This document shows, piece by piece, positions 18,497 to 25,984 of a DNA stretch of 30,729 nucleotides. The notes under the pieces are model-generated. The model was not told the origin of the DNA, searched no databases, and saw only the letters and a program-made list of their open reading frames with translations. The stretch spans positions 1 to 30,729 of IMG/VR virus record IMGVR_UViG_3300037458_000362; one strand, written 5' to 3'. A program made the translations under genes and the position numbers. Source of the DNA: a virus. Its lineage: Duplodnaviria; Caudoviricetes. Position 1 is the first letter of the stretch, and every line of letters begins with the position of its first letter.

Positions 18497-18663
18497 TGAG
18501 GATTGCAGAAGAACAGATAGACCGGCTGATTTTGCTCATGCAGAAAAGCCGCACCGAAATAGACAAACTGTTTGCGGGCAGCGCCAACCGCGATGAATCT
18601 GTTGGTATATTTTATACGCATCCTTGGGAAAAGGACTTCACAAATAGCGATAGAGGAGAATAA
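18496..18663 (+). CDS. Small protein (55 aa, not in ORF track) with YTHPWE motif
   Basis: TGATG coupling; MRIAEEQIDRLILLMQKSRTEIDKLFAGSANRDESVGIFYTHPWEKDFTNSDRGE*; stop lies 2 nt before the next ATG. Confidence 0.75.
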   Translation: MRIAEEQIDRLILLMQKSRTEIDKLFAGSANRDESVGIFYTHPWEKDFTNSDRGE

Positions 18664-18665
18664 AA

Positions 18666-19097
18666 ATGTCGTCCGCAACAGTTACCGCCCGAAGGTCTTT
18701 TCATTCCGACAATCACAAAACGCTGTTCATTTCTGTAGCATGCACTGCAAACGCAGACGGCACATTTGATGCTGTTGAGCTTTCTTCCGCGCTGGTAGGG
18801 TTCGAGTATTGGCTTGAAAGTTACCGGCTTGCTAACGCTTGGGCAAAGAATCCAGCATCGAATTATCCTACTGCGGCGGCAGTCGTTACTATCACCGACA
18901 GCAATTATCAGGAATTGGTAGGGGCGATAGCCGGCGACACATTGACGCTTTCGACCGCTGCGTCTGGGTTGGCGCAGTTGTCTGTTGACCGCAGTAGCGG
19001 ACAGCGTATAGCTACTGGGCCGCTTACCTTGTCGATTGCAGACACTGGCGCTGCTGCGAACTCGGTAACAATTAACATTGTGTTGGAGCGGTTCTAA
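18666..19097 (+). CDS. Hypothetical beta-rich virion-associated protein
   Basis: GAGGAG RBS; 143 aa; coupled to the next gene. Confidence 0.7.
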   Translation: MSSATVTARRSFHSDNHKTLFISVACTANADGTFDAVELSSALVGFEYWLESYRLANAWAKNPASNYPTAAAVVTITDSNYQELVGAIAGDTLTLSTAASGLAQLSVDRSSGQRIATGPLTLSIADTGAAANSVTINIVLERF

Positions 19098-19459
19098 TGC
19101 CCATACTTTTGGCCATAGCCGTTTGCCTCATCCTGCTTTGCGGGCAGGCGTGGGAAGCAGTTGAGATAGAGCGTGTGGTAAGCGGAGGTTTTTGCCGCGC
19201 ATGGAAGTATTACGACAGCTCAGGAAATGTTGTCAGAATAGACATATTTCATGACGCTTCTAGCGTTGGTTCTGGACTTGATTATGAAACGTATAGTGAT
19301 GTCACTTTTGGGCACCCATCCGGGCCGATGAATGGTGACGACATAATTATATCAGGCAGAAAATATAAAGTATTCTATACGCGAAATGAATACAATGTGG
19401 GTAGAATAATTTTCGAGGCGTTTGGAATTCAGTTCCCCGAATATTACACGGCGCCATAG
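19097..19459 (+). CDS. Hypothetical protein with signal-peptide-like N-terminus
   Basis: TAATG coupling; MPILLAIAVCLILLCGQA hydrophobic leader. Confidence 0.65.
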   Translation: MPILLAIAVCLILLCGQAWEAVEIERVVSGGFCRAWKYYDSSGNVVRIDIFHDASSVGSGLDYETYSDVTFGHPSGPMNGDDIIISGRKYKVFYTRNEYNVGRIIFEAFGIQFPEYYTAP

Positions 19460-19470
19460 GAGCAGAAAAC

Positions 19471-20691
19471 ATGGGCAGACCAATCAAAAGAGGTAGTACT
19501 GACCAATCGGTAGTGATCCACATTATGGACTCAACCGATGGCTCAAACGAAACCGGGGTTGTCTATAATACCTCCGGTATTGACCTATGGTATCGGAGAC
19601 AGGGGTCTACAAAAACGAGCATTACAGAGGCCACTCTTGCCGCTACCGATTCGGCCCATTCAGACGGCGGGATTATCCATATTGGAGACGGCGACTACCG
19701 TCTGGATCTCCCTGATGCAGCAGTTGCGTCTTCAGCTGGAATTAATGAAGTGACTGTAGGTGGCACAGTGACTGGGATGATCGTAGTGTCCGACACCTTT
19801 CCGCTTGTCGCTTATGACCCTTACGATGCAGTTAGAATAGGGATAACCGCCCTGCCTAATGCTGCGGCCGATGCTGCCGGGGGCTTGCCGATTTCTGATG
19901 CTGGCGGGCTCGACCTTGATGCAAAACTTGCCAATACCAACGAAATCACAGCTGCAAGGATGGGCGCGCTCACCGACTGGATTAATGGAGGTAGGCTCGA
20001 CCTCATTATTGATGACATCTTGACGGACACCGGAACAACGCTTGACACCAAAATCAATACGATTGACGACTTCCTTGATACTGAAATCGCTGCTATCAAA
20101 ACTAAGACTGATTACCTGCCATCGGCTACAGCAGGCGCGGCCGGCGGTCTGTTTATCGCTGGAAGCAATGCCGCAACATCGATTACAACGGCGCTAACAG
20201 CGAATATTATTGGCAACATCACCGGCAACTTGAGCGGATCGGTTGGCAGCCTTACTGGGCATACGGTGCAGACTGGAGACAGCTATGCCCGACTGGGGGC
20301 ACCTGCTGGGGCTTCTATCAGCGCAGATATTGCGGCCGTGAAAACCCAGACTGCGGCTATCGAAGTAGACACACAAGACCTGCAAACGCAAGTGGGCACT
20401 GATGGCGCAGGATTAACCAACATGCCTTGGAATGCTGCTTGGGACGCAGAAGTGCAAAGCGAAGTCTTTGACGCTCTTGACTCGGCTTTCACTGATGCTA
20501 CCAGTCTGACCGCAAATGGTCTGCTTGACAGGATTCGGACGTTGATGTGGGTCCAAAGGAATAAAATAACGGTTACCGACGCCAACGGAAACACGGTTAT
20601 TTACAAGGACGATAACTCTACGCAGGCTTTTGCTGTCAATGCCATGCTGACGGACGATTCTACGAGTACTGTCCGGCTGCGCGCCGCATAG
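19471..20691 (+). CDS. Virion structural/fibre-associated protein
   Basis: AGGAG RBS; Ala/Asp/Thr-rich; GDYRLDLPDAA, AIKTKTD.LP and AEVQSEV.DAL patterns seen in phage fibre-region proteins. Confidence 0.65.
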   Translation: MGRPIKRGSTDQSVVIHIMDSTDGSNETGVVYNTSGIDLWYRRQGSTKTSITEATLAATDSAHSDGGIIHIGDGDYRLDLPDAAVASSAGINEVTVGGTVTGMIVVSDTFPLVAYDPYDAVRIGITALPNAAADAAGGLPISDAGGLDLDAKLANTNEITAARMGALTDWINGGRLDLIIDDILTDTGTTLDTKINTIDDFLDTEIAAIKTKTDYLPSATAGAAGGLFIAGSNAATSITTALTANIIGNITGNLSGSVGSLTGHTVQTGDSYARLGAPAGASISADIAAVKTQTAAIEVDTQDLQTQVGTDGAGLTNMPWNAAWDAEVQSEVFDALDSAFTDATSLTANGLLDRIRTLMWVQRNKITVTDANGNTVIYKDDNSTQAFAVNAMLTDDSTSTVRLRAA

Positions 20692-21178
20692 CAATTATAT
20701 TGCGCCCTTGGGCAAGAGAACACGATCTTGAACAATATATAGCGCTACTGTGATGTGTACCTTTATAAAATGTTTTTCCACAAATTGGGCATGCCTTATC
20801 AGGGAGCTTTCTTCTAAGCTTTGCATGGTAGCCGGAATGTCGCGCGTTGCATGTTACAATAAGATTTTCAATGCGGTCGTCGGACTTGTCTCCATTAATA
20901 TGGTGAACTATTTCGTTATCAGCAAGTGCCCTGCCAAGCTTTTGGCTCATAACGACTCTACTTCGCTTAATGTATCCTTTTCGCTTCCATGCGTTTGGAT
21001 GTTCAGGAAGATAAACGTAAGCGTACCCACCAAACCAAATAATATCTTTTCTCTTTTCCTTGTTCCAATGGCCTTTAAGATAGCCGGTTGGCTTTCCTCT
21101 CTTAATCTTAAGGTGGGCTTGCTTTTGCCTAAACTGAGTATCTGGAAGATCATTTCCGCAGCCACATTTACATTTCAT
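20660..21178 (-). CDS. Free-standing antisense HNH endonuclease
   Basis: GGAGG RBS favours ATG 21178 (MKCKCGCG); PEHPNA, VMSQKLGR.L...VHHINGDKSDDRIENL; C-terminal CPICGK.F...YCSRSC zinc motif. Confidence 0.9.
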   Translation of the reverse strand: MKCKCGCGNDLPDTQFRQKQAHLKIKRGKPTGYLKGHWNKEKRKDIIWFGGYAYVYLPEHPNAWKRKGYIKRSRVVMSQKLGRALADNEIVHHINGDKSDDRIENLIVTCNARHSGYHAKLRRKLPDKACPICGKTFYKGTHHSSAIYCSRSCSLAQGRNIIAMRRAAGQYS

Positions 21179-21208
21179 AGGTTCCTCCAAAATGTTAGTG
21201 TATGCTAT

Positions 21209-21237
21209 ATGATAACCGTAAACATTAAAAATGTCAA
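21209..21237 (-). promoter_or_regulatory. Sigma70-type promoter for the antisense HNH
   Basis: Minus strand reads TTGACA (21237-21232), 17 nt, TATCAT (21214-21209). Confidence 0.8.
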
Positions 21238-21249
21238 GAGGGCCACCTA

Positions 21250-21639
21250 ATGGACTTTAAAACATTGCTTGAACCTTACGCCGAACCGAACAAAGAAGGG
21301 GTCCCTACGCGCACGGTTGAAGGTCAAATCAAATGGCTTACCAACCGACACCACTTTCCGCGCGATGTTGTGGATAAGGCTATTTTAAAGGTCTACAACG
21401 AGATTGAGAGCGGAAAGGCGTTTATAGCCGATGACGACGGCAGCGCCGGACATCACTTGGACCGCTATCTATTCTCAGTCTGCGAAGAAATCGTGGGACT
21501 GAACGTAAGGAAGCAGGCCAAAGAGCTTGAAGACTTCCTGCACAAGTTCAAGGAAACGGCTGTCGAAAAATACGTCGCCGAACAGCGCGGTAGCGTATGG
21601 AAGCGCGTCAAAGCCGTCTTTAAACCGGTTCAGGTATGA
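21250..21639 (+). CDS. Hypothetical protein
   Basis: 129-aa ORF with GAGGG RBS, coupled by ATGA to the next small gene. Confidence 0.75.
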   Translation: MDFKTLLEPYAEPNKEGVPTRTVEGQIKWLTNRHHFPRDVVDKAILKVYNEIESGKAFIADDDGSAGHHLDRYLFSVCEEIVGLNVRKQAKELEDFLHKFKETAVEKYVAEQRGSVWKRVKAVFKPVQV

Positions 21640-21806
21640 ACTACCTACCTTTCGTATCATGGGGCATGTATGGTGGCACTACGGCCACCCAGCGGGCTAA
21701 TTTCTTCGCCTCGTGGGGGCTGATGGCGGCGCTTCCGAATCTTGCAGCTAATGCGTTTATGGTGATTTACAACTACATCCGACATAGGCGCAGAAATGAA
21801 TTTTAG
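21636..21806 (+). CDS. Small SWG-repeat protein A (56 aa, not in ORF track)
   Basis: MNYLPFVSWGMYGGTTATQRANFFASWGLMAALPNLAANAFMVIYNYIRHRRRNEF*; ATGA overlap; paralogous to the next ORF. Confidence 0.8.
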   Translation: MNYLPFVSWGMYGGTTATQRANFFASWGLMAALPNLAANAFMVIYNYIRHRRRNEF

Positions 21807-21966
21807 AGCATATGTAAGCTGGGGATTGTTCGGTGCGGCCAACTCCACAGAGAGGGCTAACCTCTGGTCATCGTGGGGACTGATGTCCGACCTGCCAGCA
21901 TACGAGGCTCCGCTTCGAACGAGAGTTTGGGACATATTCGGGCAGTTCTTTTGGAAACGACCATAA
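21796..21966 (+). CDS. Small SWG-repeat protein B (56 aa, not in ORF track)
   Basis: MNFRAYVSWGLFGAANSTERANLWSSWGLMSDLPAYEAPLRTRVWDIFGQFFWKRP*; stop overlaps the next gene's AAGGAG RBS. Confidence 0.8.
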   Translation: MNFRAYVSWGLFGAANSTERANLWSSWGLMSDLPAYEAPLRTRVWDIFGQFFWKRP

Positions 21967-21978
21967 GGAGAATTTGAA

Positions 21979-22305
21979 ATGGCTCTCACCGAGATTCAGC
22001 TTTTGATGGGTGGCAAGGTTACGGCGGCGGACTCTAAGCTGGTTCTGTACTCGATCTTGCAGGACGCGGCAGCTGATCTTTCATCTTCAATGAACAAGAT
22101 GAAACTGGTGGCAAACTTCATTAACCGGATGGAAACGGATGACCTCGACGCGCTGCAAGTCCCAGCCGGGCAGATAAGGGCAGACATGACAAACCTGAAA
22201 ACCGTGCTGAATTACTTTGTCGCGCTTTGGGGCAATCAGGCCGTGACTCCGGCAGTGAATCCGGTAACAGTCGTTGACGCAATTCGCCGCGCCAATCAGG
22301 GGTAA
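21979..22305 (+). CDS. Hypothetical helical protein
   Basis: AAGGAG RBS; 108 aa. Confidence 0.75.
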   Translation: MALTEIQLLMGGKVTAADSKLVLYSILQDAAADLSSSMNKMKLVANFINRMETDDLDALQVPAGQIRADMTNLKTVLNYFVALWGNQAVTPAVNPVTVVDAIRRANQG

Positions 22306-22309
22306 TAAA

Positions 22310-22645
22310 ATGAAAAAGATCGTTATAGTTTTGGCCGCTCTACTTATCGCGTTGCCCTCTTTTGCCGGGACATGGCAGGTTACTTTCTCCAACTGGACGG
22401 AAAGCCCCGGCCCGAATCTGGTCAACGAAAAAGTTTTTTACAACGGGCTAGAATGCTGCACGGTTGCGGCTGGTGCGCCGAAGACTTGTCAATGGACGCT
22501 TCCAGCGGCTGGACCTTTTGCGCTCCCGGTAATCGTCCGCAGCTACGACGGCGCAAGCAACATGGCTGAATACACCGGCCCGGTTCTCAATCCGACGATT
22601 GCGCCGGCGTCGGGCGGCACGGTTATTATCCAGTGGATGCCCTAA
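22310..22645 (+). CDS. Secreted Fn3-like protein
   Basis: MKKIVIVLAALLIALPSFA signal peptide; VIVRSYDGASN Fn3-type strand. Confidence 0.7.
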   Translation: MKKIVIVLAALLIALPSFAGTWQVTFSNWTESPGPNLVNEKVFYNGLECCTVAAGAPKTCQWTLPAAGPFALPVIVRSYDGASNMAEYTGPVLNPTIAPASGGTVIIQWMP

Positions 22646-23602
22646 ATGCGATGGCTTGCGCTACTATTGTGCTTGGCGTCATCCTGCTTCGCGGCAGATC
22701 TCGCCTGGGACTGGATACAGGAAGAAGGTGGCTCGGCTGATGGATTTCGGATTTACTACGGCTCGGCAAGCGGGCAGTACACTGAAAGCGTTGACGTTGG
22801 GCTTGTCAACCAATGGCATGTTCCTGATGCATGGCCGAACGGGACTTATTTCTTCGTTGTCAGCGCCTACAACGCTTCCGGGGCCAGCCCCTACAGCAAC
22901 GAGGCGGTTTATGTTTGCGACATCGTTTCGGGGATTCAACCGGCGAGCGGTGGGAATTATCAATTATCCTGGGTTGAGGATAGTTTAATGACGACTATTG
23001 GGCCAATATTTATTGCTGCTAATGGTGATGACGGAAATATTTATAATGGCTCGCTGTACCCCAACGGTGACGACGGATCGAACGCCTGGATCGGGGGTGA
23101 TAGTGTATACTACCAATGGGGGTTTTTCCGTTTTACTCTCTCCGCTGCGATCCCCTCCGGTGCAACAATCAATGCCGGGACAAAAATCGCACTTTATGGT
23201 GTAGACAGCTATAGTTGGGGTACAGGTGATTACCTGACGATTTATGCTACAAACTCATCCGATGCTTCACAACCGAGCACCGGTGGCGAGCCAACCCCAT
23301 TAACAACGGCGTCGGTGCGCTGGCCGGCATCGGGGGATCTGACCTGGCCTACCGGGCAGTACAATGAGCGTGATATAGTGTCGATCATCCAAGAGTTGGT
23401 CGATGATTACGGCGGGCTATCATCGGGGGCTCATATCTTAATTTGGATTCGAGGAGAGAAAAGCAATAGCTGGCTCGCTGCTGAGGATTATAATTCAAGC
23501 AATAATAATTTAGCCAAGTTGACTATTGAATACACGACTTCTGGCGGCAGCGCATCAGCGGTTCCTAAAATTTTTCGCCAATTCGCAGCGAGGCGCAAGT
23601 GA
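22646..23602 (+). CDS. Secreted protein with Fn3 domain and C-terminal DNRLRE/CBM-like beta-sandwich
   Basis: MRWLALLLCLASSCFA leader; LAWD...GFRIYYG..SGQY...TYFFVVSAYN..G.S.YSNE; FFRF.....IPSGATI...AKLTIEY. Confidence 0.75.
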   Translation: MRWLALLLCLASSCFAADLAWDWIQEEGGSADGFRIYYGSASGQYTESVDVGLVNQWHVPDAWPNGTYFFVVSAYNASGASPYSNEAVYVCDIVSGIQPASGGNYQLSWVEDSLMTTIGPIFIAANGDDGNIYNGSLYPNGDDGSNAWIGGDSVYYQWGFFRFTLSAAIPSGATINAGTKIALYGVDSYSWGTGDYLTIYATNSSDASQPSTGGEPTPLTTASVRWPASGDLTWPTGQYNERDIVSIIQELVDDYGGLSSGAHILIWIRGEKSNSWLAAEDYNSSNNNLAKLTIEYTTSGGSASAVPKIFRQFAARRK

Positions 23603-24003
23603 AGGCTGAACATATAAGGCAAGAAATAAGATCGATTTGGCCGGGGGTTGGATTCCTTTGGCTGCCTGATGGCGAGTATGAAACTCCAGATATAGTAGGC
23701 GTTATTGACGTGTTGAAGATGAGTAATATTGATAACATTGAATACGAATGCGAGCTTTGGGACTGCGATGATAGTGCCCTTGCCGCAAACTGTTGGGTTA
23801 AATATTACTGTTATAATGAAGAAGGGTTCGAATCTCAGTGGGCATTTGGAGAATGTTTTGCTTCTAGACTACACGGCCGAGACTTGGCCCATACGCTTTG
23901 CATTTGCCGAGCATCAGATGGAATCTACTTGATCGAGCCTAAAGGCTACCACTATTGGAGGGCCAACGGTGCCGAAGATACTATTCATACTGTTAAAATG
24001 TAG
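23599..24003 (+). CDS. Papain/transglutaminase-like domain resembling the lectin MOA C-terminal domain
   Basis: GTGA overlap; WDCDDSA...AFG...HTLC...LIEP arrangement matches a Cys-His-Glu triad pattern. Confidence 0.6.
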   Translation: MKAEHIRQEIRSIWPGVGFLWLPDGEYETPDIVGVIDVLKMSNIDNIEYECELWDCDDSALAANCWVKYYCYNEEGFESQWAFGECFASRLHGRDLAHTLCICRASDGIYLIEPKGYHYWRANGAEDTIHTVKM

Positions 24004-25093
24004 CATTGTTGCCCTGCTTCTTTCGGGCTGTTCGACCCTCCCTGTTGTAAAAAATTTACAGCAGGAACCGCCAGCAACTCAAGACCTTGAGCGGATGGTG
24101 GAAAAGTCTGGGCTCAATATCGACGTTGATAGTAACAACGCTACGGATGTTACCTATGGTGGCACTAACGCAGCTACAGCGTCAGGTGCCAGAACAAATT
24201 TAGGGCTGGCAATAGGCACCGATGTTGAAGCCTATAAATCGGCAGCAGATTGGAAAACACACCTTTCCGTTGATGACCTAATAACCCTCTCCGGCGTGGC
24301 CGATGGTGCAACTACCCTTGGTGAGTTCACCGGGTCAACCATAACCGACAGCCTCGACATCAAACAGGCGCTACAAGCGCTTGAGACTGCTGTGGAGTCT
24401 GCCGGTGCATTAGGGTTCGATATTGATGTGCCTGGGGCTTCTGGTGGGTTTCTCCAATCTAACGGAACCAAGTGGGAACGGGTTGACGAGATAGACGTAA
24501 CCATTGCAGGGTTTACAGCTTCTAAAATGGTTGAGTCTGACGCAAGCGGGGAACTTGTTTCAAGCAGCTTCGGGCCGAGCGACGTAGCTCTTGCAACCGG
24601 CGACACTTTTACGGGTGTGCATGACTTCGGCGGGGCCACTTCGGTTGAGTTGCCTAACGGCACAGGCCCTACGGTTGACGCGGCTGGCGAGGTCGCTGTT
24701 GATACCACTTCCGATCAGTTCATTTACTACGGCGGGGCCAAGCGGGTTTTGACTTACAAGAAGCAGAAGGATTTCGTAGTCAAAACCCCTGCCGACGCCG
24801 ACGACTTTATTCTATTCAGAAGCCGGACCGCGACCACGATTTCAAATATTTACTGCATTGCTCAGGGCGGGACTTCAATATCGTTGACAATCCAGGAGTG
24901 TGATAGCGCCGGCGCTAATTGCAGCAATGTGGACGACGCCCAGACGTGTGATACTGACGGAGCATTGGATGACGGATCGCTTTCAAATGCTTCGATTGAT
25001 GCTGGTGATTGGATTAAGGTATTGCTTGGAGCGCCCACGGGCACGGTGAACTTCTTGACCGTATCTATTTATTACGAGGAGACTGCCGACTAA
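23969..25093 (+). CDS. Tail-fibre-like protein with lipoprotein signal
   Basis: GTG start; lipobox LLLSGC; fibre motifs GGTNAATASGARTNLGL, LGEFTGSTITD..DIKQALQALET and TFTGVHDF. Confidence 0.65.
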   Translation: MPKILFILLKCSIVALLLSGCSTLPVVKNLQQEPPATQDLERMVEKSGLNIDVDSNNATDVTYGGTNAATASGARTNLGLAIGTDVEAYKSAADWKTHLSVDDLITLSGVADGATTLGEFTGSTITDSLDIKQALQALETAVESAGALGFDIDVPGASGGFLQSNGTKWERVDEIDVTIAGFTASKMVESDASGELVSSSFGPSDVALATGDTFTGVHDFGGATSVELPNGTGPTVDAAGEVAVDTTSDQFIYYGGAKRVLTYKKQKDFVVKTPADADDFILFRSRTATTISNIYCIAQGGTSISLTIQECDSAGANCSNVDDAQTCDTDGALDDGSLSNASIDAGDWIKVLLGAPTGTVNFLTVSIYYEETAD

Positions 25094-25452
25094 TGAAAGC
25101 CACTCTAACACTCCCCGAACCGCTTGCGCTTCCAACGGCAACGCAGATACAGTTTACCAAAGTCATCATTGAGATGGGCATCAAGCAGATAACGGTTGAA
25201 TACCGTTTCCTTGACGCCAATAATCAAGACATATTCGTGCCCGGCTCCGGGTCAGCTTCCCGCTACTGGCGGGCAATCGACGCGCCGGCCGCCGATGGTC
25301 AGCCGGAGAAAACTGACTATACGGACATTTTTGGATTCATCATCCGTTCGCAAGACGTTGGGAAAAAGATCGGCACGGGCCTTTGGATGCTTATCTGGTC
25401 GAAAATGAAAACCTCGGTCTTGAAGGTGGACGGAAATGATTTGGTTCCTTAG
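25093..25452 (+). CDS. Hypothetical protein
   Basis: TAATG coupling; 119 aa. Confidence 0.7.
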   Translation: MKATLTLPEPLALPTATQIQFTKVIIEMGIKQITVEYRFLDANNQDIFVPGSGSASRYWRAIDAPAADGQPEKTDYTDIFGFIIRSQDVGKKIGTGLWMLIWSKMKTSVLKVDGNDLVP

Positions 25453-25984
25453 CCTGCTGCTACTGATAGCGCCGCCGGCCTACGCCGACACTGTTATGCT
25501 GGTCGGCTTTGGCGCTACGTCGAGCTATCCGTGTTCGCATGACCAGCTCGGCGGTACGGAGTCAAATATTGTAAACTTTATACGAGCGGCCGCCTACCAG
25601 TATGGGACCAAAATAACGACCTGCACAAGCGCAACGCGCACAGTTGCCTTCGGGGGCGATGGTGCAACGTCCAGTGACGGATATAAACTGGTTCGCAATA
25701 ATAACGGAACACCATATTATTATTCTGGCGATGCCGATTGGGCACTTGAGGGAACGACTACGGGATATGATTTAAAAATTGAGGTTGATATAACCAGTTC
25801 CACGGAAGCATCGGTGACGTTTTATGTTGGCGCTGTCCAGGGTACACCCGGAACCGCCACTGTTCGTATCAGCAAAAGCGACACGCTCGATTTATCGTCT
25901 GATTATTGCTCAGGAACAATATCTATTACTGGGACTGGAACCTACGGGCCGGTATCCTTTACGGGGTGCGACTTTGAAGATTAG
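25436..25984 (+). CDS. Secreted beta-rich hypothetical protein
   Basis: MIWFLSLLLLIAPPAYA signal peptide; four Cys in the mature part. Confidence 0.65.
   Translation: MIWFLSLLLLIAPPAYADTVMLVGFGATSSYPCSHDQLGGTESNIVNFIRAAAYQYGTKITTCTSATRTVAFGGDGATSSDGYKLVRNNNGTPYYYSGDADWALEGTTTGYDLKIEVDITSSTEASVTFYVGAVQGTPGTATVRISKSDTLDLSSDYCSGTISITGTGTYGPVSFTGCDFED

Noticed and set aside
20692-21250. A second intron around the HNH, and the 166-aa + strand ORF 20750-21250
   Set aside because: No P4/P7 core motifs and both flanking genes look complete; the + ORF is a shadow of the HNH.
21657-21989. 110-aa minus-strand ORF
   Set aside because: The region is better explained by two paralogous + strand 56-aa genes coupled to their neighbours.
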